Origin: Antedon mediterranea
Lineage: Eukaryota; Animalia; Echinodermata
Direction of reading: 5' to 3'
Assembly: GCF_964355755.1 (NCBI RefSeq)
Contig: NC_092671.1
Span: 34,420,304 to 34,484,303 of the forward strand
Length of the DNA stretch: 64,000 bases
Below the pieces are notes generated by a model. It was not told the DNA's origin. It worked only from the letters and a program-made list of their open reading frames with translations, and did not search any database. Of this stretch, positions 25,701 through 38,708 are shown in pieces (the stretch's first letter is position 1; each line of letters begins with the position of its first letter). A program made the translations under genes and the position numbers.

Positions 25701-28700
25701 ATTGTATCAAACAAAAAACAATTTCAATACAAAAGGTAGCCAAGGTATAGCCGAAGCTAATCAAGCTTGGTACCTATTATCTATTAATCTTGATTCAAAA
25801 GGGTACAAACTGTGATATTTACACAAAATTGGAGGTCGTGGGTCAAATACTGAGGTCATAGAGTGTATACCATTTTGCAGTGTACTGATAGGGAAGGACT
25901 TTAGCACATAGCTAACGAACAAAGAAATAAAAAAAAATACTAATTTTGTTTTGCTTCAATGTAGATTGGCAAAGATCCGGATGTTAGGCTTGAGGCATTG
26001 TTTGTGGTTGGTGAGAAAATGCCAGTAGATGTTGCTAAGAATGGCAAGTCCAAGATGCCATACAATCATCAACACAAGTATTTTATGATTAGTGAGTATA
26101 AACTTGGCTTAATTAACTATTCAAATATAACTGTGGCACTCTGTATGTAATTTTAGCATACATCAGATCTATTTAGATGTACTGTAACAATAAAAATATG
26201 CTTTAATCATGATTGAGCTGGTGGATAGGTACATGGAATTAATGGTAGGCCATAATTATGGATATTGAACTATTTACCACCTAAGAGTATTTTCAAACTC
26301 ATGGCTTGACGAAACAAGTAGGTACTGTACAACACCTTGATTTTTAATGCTACAGATCACATTGCGTAATATAAGCAAATCTAATCTAACCTGATAAAGT
26401 CTGAATGTTGCTTAAGAAGTTCTCATGAATATGTATATTAGATAAATGTACAAATGTTATTATATTTTCAGTTGGGCCGCCACTTTTGTTTCCAGTTTAT
26501 TTTCAGTTTATGCTATTCTGGTACATTTTAACAAGAAAAGAATGGTCGGTAAGTAAATTGTCATGAATTCTCCATTTTTTTTCTCACTTGAAGTCAAATC
26601 CCAAAGAAATTTTAAATGGAATTTCAAAAGATTTAAATAATTATACTTAACACGATTTTACATTACATTTATTTTGTGTTTTATTTTCTCCAGGACCTCT
26701 TCTTTACACTGTCTTTTTATGTATTGTTTGGTGCCGTATTTGGTAGCCTAATGTCTTGGTGGAAGGTGATTTTACTTTATGAAGGAATGAGGTATTAAAA
26801 AATACAAATTAATAAAAGTGATGAGATTAAAATGAAGATGTATACCCAATATATTTTTGCTGTTCAAAATAGAATGAATTTGTGTATTTACATGCATTTA
26901 AATATATAGTCTTGGTTGGTGTATACATAAAGTTTAGGTCAAAGGTCAAATTAATATTAAAAACTTGATTTTGACCTTGTGTATTGAAAGACATCTTAGA
27001 TTTCTTTTGTTACTTATGATTTTGTTTGTACTAATGTGCTAATTATAATTCTTAACAAAATAATTTGTATTATTATTTGTTCATTTTATGCATGGATTTT
27101 TCATTTTCACTTTTATAATAAGAATTATGCATTTACAATAAAAACCAAGGATCCAATGGTCATTCCTCAGTAGAATCTCAATGTTTATGTAAATTGTAAT
27201 TTTAAATATTAATCACAGTTTGTTGTAAATTATTGTATTATTACTATATTAAAGCAATCTAGAATTTCTTTTATTAAAAGCATTAATAATTGTTGTTTCA
27301 TAGAGTTTTAGAGAGTATCTGGTTTACATGGGTGGCACAAGCTAACCATATACCAATGGAAATTGACAAAGATTTGCAACGGCCATGGTTAGAGCTACAG
27401 TTGAAAGCAACCTGCAACATTGAGAAGTCTGTGTTCAACGACTGGTTTACTGGTCATCTCAACTTCCAAATTGAGCACCAGTAGGTTGTCTCAGTAACCA
27501 TACACCCTCTGAAAATGACCAATGTCTAAAAAATGACCAGTGTCTAAAAAATAGATATCACTCACTATCAGTCACTTATTATTTTCCTTTATTCTTAGCA
27601 TTTTTTTGAATTTTTATGTTAAAATCTACAAATTACTTTTTTCAACATGGCATTTTTCTTGCAATATTTTAATTGAAAAATTGGAATGGAATCATGGCAA
27701 CTAACATGAAAATTATGTTTGTTGATTCTAATAATAAATCCTATTACTTTAGCGTCAATACGCAATTCTCAATTTCCACCATGGAGGTATAAAATACCTC
27801 CATGATCCCACCATGCATTATTTGTTATCTGTCTTTTGAAATTAAAATTCTAAACAGATTTTCTAGATGCAATGACAATGGCATTTTGCATTGATTCAAT
27901 TGTTTCCAAAAGAAAAAATCTGCATACTTACTAACAAATAAATGTGCTAAATGATCAAAAATGGAATGGTAAATGTGTTCAAGGAATGTAAAAGGACAAC
28001 AAATTTCACTGATAAATTAAAATAGTTAATTATTAAAATAGTTAATTAAAGCACTGAGGAGCGTCAAGATCTGTCAAATGGCTTGTCTCTCATTTGTGAT
28101 GAATTTAAAAAGGCCTTTGCTTTCCTTGATCAATTAATTTCCTTGTTTATTTACTGCAGTTTAAATACAGAAAACTTCAAAATAGAAAAACCATGGGCAA
28201 CCAAATTGACCATTCCACTGCAGAAATGATGATAATTATAAAAATTCTAAAATATCATTCTATACAAACTGTTCAATCAAGAGCACCTAAATATTAATGA
28301 CAAACAATTGTTTCTTCTTTTTTCCAGTCTTTTTCCTTGTATGCCAAGGCATAACTTACACAGGATAGCACCTCTTGTTAAATCAGTCTGCAGGAAGCAT
28401 GACATAGAGTATAGAGTAAAGACACTTAGTGAAGGCCTAACAGATATCTTGAGGTAGGTACAGATTTACATTTACTTTGGTAGAGAAGAAATATCAACTC
28501 AATTTCTAAACTACCTGATTGGCTAGCAAAAGTAGGTTTGGTTATAACATAGTGTTTATTCTCAGTGTCCGGTCATCCCACATAAACCTAGAGGTGAAAC
28601 GAAAATAATTACAGTATTAGTGTGCAGTTGACAACCCAAATAATGGACTGTACCATTTTTGCAAATGCTTGTGGAGTATTTAGTTATGTTCTTTTGTTTC

Positions 28701-28942
28701 CAATGAAATAGTTGCTTGCTTAATAATTTTCTTCCAAATACATTCTTGCCTACTCCCTAAACTTGACCAACTCTTTAGTGTTCATTAAAATGTTTGAAGA
28801 TAATATGAAAATTATACCTGTAATATGAATATTTTATATTATGTCCCAACTAATCTATGCTTTATCATTTTTCGTCAGATCACTTCATAAATCTGGACAG
28901 ATTTGGTTTGATGCGTACTATCATCTTCGTCATGATCTTTAA
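22745..28942 (+). CDS. FADS: Front-end fatty acyl desaturase (FADS1/FADS2 family, cytochrome b5 fusion), ~434 aa
   Basis: 11 coding exons: 22745-22921, 23374-23523, 24282-24428, 24918-25019, 25391-25450, 25965-26091, 26472-26548, 26694-26791, 27304-27480, 28328-28453, 28879-28942. Contains the HPGG heme motif and His boxes HDFGH, HNQHH, QIEHH. A probable 5' UTR exon ends at 22421 (CAG|gtgagt). Confidence 0.95.
23883..23995. mobile_element. PIF/Tourist-like MITE, internally deleted copy
   Basis: AGCTCTGTC...GACAGAGCT ends flanked by TTA. Same family as 29337-29496 and 32952-33087. Confidence 0.75.
24468..24660 (+). mobile_element. tRNA-derived SINE with a Deu/Nin-domain-like core
   Basis: A-box-like GTGGCCGAGCGGTTAAG, then TATAAACCGTAGGTCC...GCACTTTAAAGACCC...TTACCCCAGTGT, resembling the DeuSINE/Nin core from memory. 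A related piece lies on the minus strand near 50030-50092. Confidence 0.55.
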
Positions 28943-29232
28943 TTGCTAGTATGTATAACATTGAGGTGACCAAGGCATCAGGTTCAAGTAAAGTGGGGCC
29001 AACTAAAAATTGTTTAGCATATCATTTCTGTTTTCAATACCAACAATTTTGTTTTAAAAACAATTTTTTTTTTAAATAACAAAAATAACTTGTAAGTTAT
29101 TAATTTCACATTTTATTTATTAAAAAAATTCTGGAAGTTATTAAGAAACTGGGTGTTTTAGCCTAGAACCTTTTTCCATATGTAGAAAAACACTGCTAAA
29201 CATATTTTTTACTTGTCCATTAGGTAAAGAAA

Positions 29233-29270
<38 letters not shown>

Positions 29271-29336
29271 GTATTAATAGATCAGTTTTATGATTTTCAT
29301 TTAGTGGCATTTATGTCACAATTTAAACACCTTTAA

Positions 29337-29496
29337 AGCTCTCTCTACACTATAAAACTTTATGTGAAAAAATGTGATGTGCCCATATATATATGGACAT
29401 GATGGTGTCATATCACTACCATATTTGGGAATATCACTACCACATTTGGGCACATCACACTTTTTTTGTCAAACTAGTTTGATAGTTGACAGAACT
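29337..29496. mobile_element. PIF/Tourist-like MITE
   Basis: AGCTCTCTACACTAT... / ...TTTGATAGTTGACAGAACT ends, flanked by TAA on both sides. Confidence 0.75.
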
Positions 29497-29914
29497 TAAG
29501 TGATGTAAAATATGATGCAGCTGTTATGTAAAAAAATATTGTATTATTTTATTACCATAATATTAATGTTTGCAATATCGATGTGCAAAATTGCCATACA
29601 GATGGATAATTACCTTAAAGGGACATCTAGAAGATTGGACATCTTTTCATGTTAGTTTTTAGAAAAAAAAAAGTACAATATAAGACAAATATTAAAAAAA
29701 AAATGTGTGGTTACTTATTAATACAACACTTTAAAATTCCAATAGATAATGATTATTCTAAATTATTTTCAAAAAAATTGCGAGTAATATATTTATATTA
29801 ATATAATAATAATAGTGTGATAGCATACAGTGGTTTAGAAAGGTTTCCTAGGTAGAAGTAGTATAAAAACTGAGCAATTTGATACTGCCAGTAAAAGCAA
29901 CTGTCCTATATAGA

Positions 29915-30250
29915 AAGAATTGCCATGGCGTATGAATCTTACCAGATTGACTAACAATTCGTTATTGAACTACCCTCTTTGAAGAAGAGGCGTGTGTGTT
30001 GACGTGGCGGATGTAACAATTAGCATAATGTCTAAAGAACATGTCATGGGATATGAATCTTACCAGATGATTGGCTAACAGTTCGATAAACGTTTCCTAT
30101 CCCATTAATCAATTTGAGATACCACAAGTCAAATTATAACATTATTGAACTCTTCTCTTTTGTTTAGCCGTACAAGATGTGTTGACAAGCATAATTTCCA
30201 AAAAAACACATGGCATGGTATATGAATCTTACCAGATGATTGGCTAAAAC
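29915..30250. repeat. Three degenerate direct repeats
   Basis: The core CATGG..TATGAATCTTACCAGA(TGA)TTG.CTAA occurs at ~29923, ~30045 and ~30214. Confidence 0.7.
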
Positions 30251-32951
30251 ATAAAATTGTTTAAAATTTGCTGTCATGAGATGATTATTTCTTTTACAAA
30301 TTCAGTACAGGAGTATGTGATTTTTTCCCTTTATTTCTGACCTTCATTTCCCCGGATCAGGCCAAGCATACATTTATAAAGCTGGCATAAATATGGCGAA
30401 ATAATCAGTACATAATAATCAGTTAAAATAAAATTAGTTTTTGCCCTCATATATACTATCTCTTGATTGATGATCTGCTAGTGTGTTGTCCTTGGAATAT
30501 GAAAAGCCCAAAAATGGTATTGTGTTTTGACACCATGATATGAGGCATCGCATCACGATATCAGGCATAAGGTGCTGAATATCCTTATTTAAAACGATTT
30601 GTTTGTTATCTCTGCTGTTTTTAAAATGCTGCCCCATAATCTTAAGGACTGGTTGATTGGGAATATAGTTCTTTTTCATTTAATAGCATGTTATTGCTAA
30701 CCATCTGGATTCTATACTGCCACCACAGCACCAGAAGCATCTTAGAATAACCCGAGGGTGCTGAAGGGTATCACATGGATGGGAAGATATAGTCTTAGTC
30801 TATATGTGCGGGGCTGAAGAGCTCTAAACACCCTCTAGTCCTCTATAAAAGTTGGAATGTGCACAACTCCTTATTACATGGGTTGCCATCATTGTAAACA
30901 AGGTGGCATCATACTTCATCCCCTGTTGAAGCTGTTACATGCAATTTCAGAATATTGTTTAAATACTTTAACATGTGCCCAGACAGCCTCTTCCTTGTAC
31001 TTCCGAATATAGACCACAAATTTGTCGCCTTCAAGTTAGTGTATCTGTGTGAGGTTCCTCCCTCATTTGTAAAACATACATAGATGCATTCAGATGCATA
31101 ATTCTTTCTGAGAATTCTTTGGAAGTTCTTTGGTTGTCTGATTTCATTTGAGCGACTCAGCAGTGATCTTTTTGCTCTGTATCATGTTATTGTTGACGGC
31201 AAGTTACTGTTTGTTCAATCTTAAATGTATCCACATTTTAAATGCTCATAATTGATTGAACGTATATTTTGAAATCGCGCTCTAATATCATGAGGACTTT
31301 GTCTTCAATCATTTTTCAAAATCCTATGCAAAATCGATTTGTTCTTTGTCAATATTTGTAAAATGGGCATCATTTATTACCCATTTATTTCAACTAAAAA
31401 TTTGTTTCGTTGATTTATGTTCTTTGGGCACAATCTTGGGTTGAATGACTGAACACTACTCGTATTTCCATACTTGTTTGAAAGATTTATATGAGATCCT
31501 GCCTTAATAAGAATATTGCTATATGTCTGAATTTAGCAGTTATATTTTAATAGTGTTTACTAATCCCCCTGCTTTGTGAGAGTGTAAAGTGGCATACATT
31601 CCCACATTTACTCTAGATGATGGGAACCGTTCCAGCATTGTTTTACAAACTTCTTCTTCTTGGCACTGAATTTTGTGTTAAAAGCCTGAACACTACACTA
31701 GTGTCCATACTTTTTTGAAAGATTTATGTTGGATCCTGCTTCAATGAGAAAATGGCAACTGCGTTGAGCAGTAGTTTTCAATCTTTAATAATTCCCTCCC
31801 TGGAGAGATAAGATAGTAATGTGGCATATATTCCTACATTTACTCTAGAGTATGGTATAATGGTAGGCCTACATTTTGTAGTATAAATTACCCGTACCCG
31901 TATTTTCAAGATTTCAAACTTGTCTATTATTGGTTTCATGATTTAAATTACAACTATCATTGACTGTAACAGCCATAAGTGTAATGTTATTATTTTTATT
32001 TAAAACATATTTAGGCAGGCAGGATAACATAATTCAGAAAAGAAAAAATCACAAAATTTCTGTTTTTCAATATGGTCCTGTATTGAAACAACTATAAAAA
32101 AAAGAAAAAATATAACAACCAGTAAATATAGAACGTTAATAATAATACGTAGGAAATACAATTATTTTTTTAAGAAATGCTTTTTATAATTAATTTTCAA
32201 ACTATTTACAGGCAAGCTTTTGCTCCTGCAATCTTTAGTTCAATAATAAGCAATTTGGCATAGGTGGTATAACATTCAGAGATTGGGAATATCTCGTAGA
32301 GTATCCATGTTGGTCGTAAACCATTTCAATATCAGGGAAGTGCAATACCATGTATACATTTGTACATAATACATAATAATACAATATTATTTTCTTATTG
32401 AAACTTGTCTCCAATATTCTCATCCAGATGCTTCATATTAGATCCATCTTTAACTAGCATCAGCAGCAATGATTGCATTAAACAGTAATGATTGCATTAA
32501 ACAGTATAGGAATCATGCTATTTAATTTACAATACATAGCTCATGGTAGCCTGTCATCTAATATACATCTTTATAATATAAAGATATCTATCTCTCGCAC
32601 TGTCTTTTTTTTCCAAGACCGTGCTGTTTTTCTTCATTCTTTATGTTCAAGTTACAGAGTTGTTATTGTTTTTAGATTTTCCTCAAATATATTTTTATCT
32701 GCCTAATTTTCCATTGTTTTATTATGTTTAATAACTTTTTGTATCTGACTTTCAACATAAATTGTGTAGCAACTGGTGTATAAGATGAGGTGTTAACTCC
32801 AATATTCTTCTGCTAAACCTACTTCATAAAATGGTTCTTGGATTAAAGGGTGATTGCTAAAATGTGCATCTTATAGTAAATGATGTACCTTCCCACATTT
32901 CCTAATAAATCATACAGAACAGTAATAACATTTATGGGTTACCTTCTCTTA

Positions 32952-33087
32952 AGCTCTGTCTACACTATCAAACTTTATGTGACAAAAATGTGATGTGTCC
33001 ATATATGGACTTTGATGATGTCATATCACTACCATATCTGGGCACATCACACTTTTGTCAAACTAGATTGATAGCGTAGACAGAGCT
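32952..33087. mobile_element. PIF/Tourist-like MITE, near-complete
   Basis: TIRs AGCTCTGTCTACACTATCAA / TTGATAGCGTAGACAGAGCT with a TTA target-site duplication. Confidence 0.85.
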
Positions 33088-33299
33088 TTATCTATTCTTC
33101 TAGATAGCCTTTATCTTTTAACTACGAACTAGATAATACTGTAGGTGATATATGTTTCCACTACCAAACAGTCCTTACTTATCAGTACTGTGTAATACCA
33201 ATGACTGCCCAACACAGGAATTACCGATAATTAAAGTCTAATGTCACCTAGCTTGTTGAGGTTGACTCGATTTATTTCTTGCCGCAAAATAACTTCTTT

Positions 33300-36010
33300 G
33301 AATCAAATTCTCCAATAGTTCATTGATTAGTAATTTGCATCAACTCCTTCTTGCAACAAGAATATGCAATATTTTGCAATGTCATTGATGCGCCATGCTA
33401 TATAAGACATGTCACATGTGAATGACCTGGTATAGAAAATATTTACCAGGTTTGACTACTTGGCTTGATCAAATTCTCCAATAGTTTGTTGATTAATAAT
33501 TTGTATCAACTCCTTCTTGCAACAAGAATATGCAATAACTGCGTTTTGCGGCAATATTTTGCGATGTCATTGATGCCCCATTCTCTATGAGACATGTCAC
33601 ATGTGAATGACCTGGTATAGAAAGTATTTACCAGGATTAGCCACTTGGCTTGATCAAATTCTCCAATAGTTCATTGATTATTTGCATCAACTCCTTCTTG
33701 CAACACGAATATGCAATAACTGCGTTTTGCAGCAATATTTTGCAATGTAATTGATGCACCATGTTATATGAGACATGTCACATGTGAATGACCTGGTATA
33801 GAAAATATTTACCAGGTTTGGCCACTTGGCTTGATCAAATTCTCCAATAGTTCATTGATTATTTGCATCAACTCCTTCTTGCAACACGAATATGCAATAA
33901 CTGCGTTTTGCAGCAATATTTTGCAATGTAATTGATGCACCATGTTATATGAGACATGTCACATGTGAATGACCTGGTATAGAAAATATTTACCAGGTTT
34001 GGCCACTTGGCTTGATCAAATTCTCCAATAGTTCATTGATTATTTGCATCAACTCCTTCTTGCAACAAGAATATGCAATAACTGCGTTTTGCAGCAATAT
34101 TTTGCAATGTAATTGATGCACCATGTTATATGAGACATTTCACATGTGAATGACCTGGTATAGAAAATATTTACCAGGTTTGACTACTTGGCTTGATCAA
34201 ATTCTCCAATAGTTTGTTGATTAATAATTTGTATCAACTCCTTCTTGCAACAAGAATATGCAATAACTGCGTTTTGCGGCAATATTTTGCGATGTCATTG
34301 ATGCCCCATTCTCTATGAGACATGTCACATGTGAATGACCTGGTATAGAAAGTATTTACCAGGATTAGCCACTTGGCTTGATCAAATTCTCCAATAGTTC
34401 ATTGATTATTTGCATCAACTCCTTCTTGCAACACGAATATGCAATAACTGCGTTTTGCAGCAATACAGTATTTTGCAATGTAATTGATGCACCATGTTAT
34501 ATGAGACATGTCACATGTGAATGACCTGGTATAGAAAATATTTACCAGGTTTGGCCACTTGGCTTGATCAAATTCTCCAATAGTTCATTGATTATTTGCA
34601 TCAACTCCTTCTTGCAACAAGAATATGCAATAACTGCGTTTTGCAGCAATATTTTGCAATGTAATTGATGCACCATGTTATATGAGACATTTCACATGTG
34701 AATGACCTGGTATAGAAAATATTTACCAGGTTTGACTACTTGGCTTGATCAAATTCTCCAATAGTTTGTTGATTAATAATTTGTATCAACTCCTTCTTGC
34801 AACAAGAATATGCAATAACTGCGTTTTGCGGCAATATTTTGCAATGTCATTGATGCCCCATTCTCTATGAGACATGTCACATGTGAATGACCTGGTATAG
34901 AAAGTATTTACCAGGATTAGCCACTTGGCTTGATCAAATTCTCCAATAGTTCATTGATTATTTGCATCAACTCCTTCTTGCAACACGAATATGCAATAAC
35001 TGCGTTTTGCAGCAATACAGTATTTTGCAATGTAATTGATGCACCATGTTATATGAGACATGTCACATGTGAATGACCTGGTATAGAAAATATTTACCAG
35101 GTTTGGCCACTTGGCTTGATCAAATTCTCCAATAGTTCATTGATTATTTGCATCAACTCCTTCTTGCAACAAGAATATGCAATAACTGCGTTTTGCAGCA
35201 ATATTTTGCAATGTAATTGATGCACCATGTTATATGAGACATTTCACATGTGAATGACCTGGTATAGAAAATATTTACCAGGTTTGACTACTTGGCTTGA
35301 TCAAATTCTCCAATAGTTTGTTGATTAATAATTTGTATCAACTCCTTCTTGCAACAAGAATATGCAATAACTGCGTTTTGCGGCAATATTTTGCGATGTC
35401 ATTGATGCCCCATTCTCTATGAGACATGTCACATGTGAATGACCTGGTATAGAAAGTATTTACCAGGATTAGCCACTTGGCTTGATCAAATTCTCCAATA
35501 GTTCATTGATTATTTGCATCAACTCCTTCTTGCAACACGAATATGCAATAACTGCGTTTTGCAGCAATACAGTATTTTGCAATGTAATTGATGCACCATG
35601 TTATATGAGACATGTCACATGTGAATGACCTGGTATAGAAAATATTTACCAGGTTTGGCCACTTGGCTTGATCAAATTCTCCAATAGTTCATTGATTATT
35701 TGCATCAACTCCTTGCAACAAGAATATGCAATAACTGCATTTTGCAGCAATATTTTGCAATTTCATTGATGCACCATGTTATATGAGACATGTGAATGAC
35801 CTGGTATAGAAAATATTTACCAGGTTTGGCCACTTGGCTTGATCAAATTCTCCAATAGTTCATTGATTATTTTCATCAACTCCTTCTTGCAACAAGAATA
35901 TGCAATAACTGCGTTTTGCAGCAATATTTTGCAATGTCATTGATGCACCATGTTATATGAGACATGTCACATGTGAATGACCTGGTATAGAAAATATTTT
36001 GGATTAACCA
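33300..36010. repeat. Satellite of ~15 units (181-186 bp) with a 552-bp higher-order repeat
   Basis: GATCAAATTCTCCAATAG anchors at 33467, 33652, 33833, 34014, 34195, 34380, 34566, 34747, 34932, 35118, 35299, 35484, 35670, 35841. One more partial unit lies at ~36770-36925. Confidence 0.95.
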
Positions 36011-36294
36011 CTCTAAACTAATGTTTCGTCACTCTTCAAATTTTGTTGGCCACCGACTGAAACTGTAGTAACTGACATAGCAGAATCAAAAGCAATATAA
36101 TAGTAGTAACAATTATTACAAATTATAAATTTTAACTGTACTTAATTGTTTCAGTTTTATGGTTTACATCTGCTCCCTTGACTAAAATACTTAATGATTG
36201 CATTTGATGCACCATACTTTATGAGAATTGTCTTTTGAATGTCCTGGTATAGTATATGTTATTGCCAATGTCTATTATTAATTTTAATAATTAT

Positions 36295-36772
36295 TTTACT
36301 AGTGGATTGGTTTTTTAACCTGTCCTTTACCAATTCCTTTACTAGTGGATGGTTTATCAACATATCCTTTACCAATTACTTCACTAGTGAATTGGTTTAT
36401 CAACATATCGTTAACCAATTCCTTCACTAGTAGATTGGTTTATCAACATATCCGTAACCAATTCCTTCACTAGTGAATTGGTTTGTCAACTACCAATTAC
36501 TTCACTAGTGAATTGGTTTATCAACATATCCTTAGCCAATCCTTCACTAGTGGATTTGTTTATCAACCTATCCTTAACCAATTCATTCACTAATGAATTG
36601 GTTTTTCAACCTATCCTTAACCAATTCCTTTACTAGTGGGTTGATTTGTCAACCTATCCTTAACCAATTCCTTCACTAGTGATTTGGTTTGTCAACCTAT
36701 CCTTTACCAAATCCGTCACTAGTCAATTGGTTTGTTATAACCTATCCTTAACCAATTCCTTCACTAGTGGAT
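36295..36772. repeat. ~43-bp minisatellite (~11 copies) with a palindromic core
   Basis: Unit ACCAATTCCTTCACTAGTG(G/A)ATTGGTTTATCAACCTATCCTTA. Confidence 0.9.
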
Positions 36773-38509
36773 TTTGCAATGTTGTTGATGCCCCATTCTC
36801 TATGAGACATGTCACATGTGAATGACCTGGTATAGAAAATATTTACTATAGGTTTGGCCACTTGACTTGATCAAATTCTCCAATAGTTCATTGATTAATA
36901 ATTTTCATCCACTTCTTGCAACAAGATGTCTCATTAATGCATCATTCTTGATTAGACAAGTCTTTTTTAATTTAATGCTTTCTATTTCACTTCAGAGTTG
37001 ATGAAGTCATTTTAATTTTCTTATCTAGTTTTTTATCACTTCCTGCTTGTGACAACACCAATATACAATGGTGTTGATGCACCATCCTGTAGAAAGAATT
37101 TGTGGTCTTTTGATAGTCAACTTTATCAGCAAAATATGATGGTGTGGATGTACCAATGTTATAGTACCAATTCTATATGGTGATGCCCATCCTATGGAGA
37201 ATCAGACATAAGTTAGAATTTTCAAAATTGAGATTTTTACAAGATACTGAAACTAGATAATCCTAGATTTTAAATACTGAAAAAAATAAACCATGTTTAC
37301 TTCCAGAGATATCTCAGTCTAAAGTGTTGGTTGTTACAATCAGTGTTTTGAGAAAAATGCTTTTAAAGTTAAGGAAATGACAAGTACAAAAAAAAAAAAC
37401 AGGGAGTTTAAGTTTACGCCTTTCAAAAGGGTATTCTAATTGTTGTATTTCAATGAAACTTCGCACCTTTGTTCATTAACTATTCTATTTATTATGCTCA
37501 ATTTTTATTAAAAACCACCCGTGACAACATTTTCAATTTAAGCATAAAACATGATAGGTTTTAAGAAAATCATACACAAGTTACACCATTTTTTAACCAA
37601 TTGACGACACAAAAATGTTAAAATTCCTGCATTTATTTGTCTAAAAATAGAAAAAACCCAATGTAATGTTTCAACTATTATTTTCCGTAAAAAAAATTTG
37701 TTTAGCCTTTTATGGTTTTTGGCTGTCTATACAAAACTCTATGCAACTTATGTCTGATTTCACTTGAGTGTGCCACATTTGTGATCTTTCGACAATTTAA
37801 ATAAGCTCTATGACTATGTAAAAACTGTGTTTAGATTTTAGGCCTACCTACAATGATTTTGGTGACCATCCTTTATAGATTTGTGTTTTTTGATAAATTA
37901 AAGCCCACTCCGTACCTTCGTCTAACGTACAGTATGTAAAGACTGTGTTTATTATACAATAAATCCAATCATCGAATGGACTTGTATAGCAGATAGACAG
38001 TGTAATATTTTCTTTGCTTTAAGAATACATTTTGTAGTTGTTTAAAAACAACGTACTTTTGTATGAATTGAATTCTTTTAAAAGTTATTTACATGATTGT
38101 AGAAACGTAAGTTTACAGCTTTTACGCTCATTGATGTCTTGGATCTGGTCAGGTTGCAATAAAATTGAAATATAATTTAGCATTTCTCTGTGAATTTCAG
38201 CAGCAGTAGTAGTAGTAGTCACCAATACAACTAAAGTTCCTAGGTTGACTCGCCTTGTGCAACACAATTTAAGTCGGATTGATTTGTATACAACAATTAA
38301 AAACAAAACCAAAACAGGAGAACATGAATACATGAGTGTGAACAATATGATAGAATGCCGTTTTACATTTTACTTGATCAGTTATCCAATCCTCCATTTT
38401 TTATAATCAGAAAATGCAGTTTTAAGATGTTTTGAGATGAACTGAATTAGCTTGTAGACATTCCAACTTTAAATTCCATTAGTTTTGCTATCACACTGTT
38501 ATTTCTTTA

Positions 38510-38708
38510 CAAGGCAATCTAACAACAATAATATGCTGAGCTCGCTCTGCCAGTCGTTTGATCTTATGATTGGCTGCGACAAATTCATACTAGCTGCGGT
38601 TATAGTACCAAGTACATTATTCTCCAGTTTCTGTTTAGAGGGTCGTGTCGCAACCACAGAAGAAACCTTTCATCTAACAGAGCTCAATATCCTGTTGTTA
38701 GTTTGCCT
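38510..38708. mobile_element. Second copy of the CAAGGCAATCTAACAACA MITE
   Basis: Reverse-complement match to 16660-16885. Confidence 0.75.

Larger units (their letters stand above)
30430..37200 (-). pseudogene. Decayed ankyrin-repeat gene
   Basis: Minus-strand fragments with ankyrin helix2-loop signature: ILIKAGSHINLSNKYGNT (~31460-31520), FLIEAGSNINLSKKYGH (~31700-31755), MLVKDGSNMKHLDE (~32415-32460), CLIENGASMTSQN and FLLQEGVDAN (satellite units), ILIKYGASN (~36200). Many stops and frameshifts; boundaries are approximate. Confidence 0.6.

Noticed and set aside
28928-28942. C-terminal RHDL of the desaturase as a KDEL-like ER retrieval signal
   Set aside because: The C-terminus of front-end desaturases is expected to be cytosolic, whereas KDEL receptors read luminal signals, and the match is imperfect.
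33300-36772. CRISPR-like reading of the regular repeats
   Set aside because: Units are contiguous with no unique spacers, there are no cas genes, and the context is eukaryotic.
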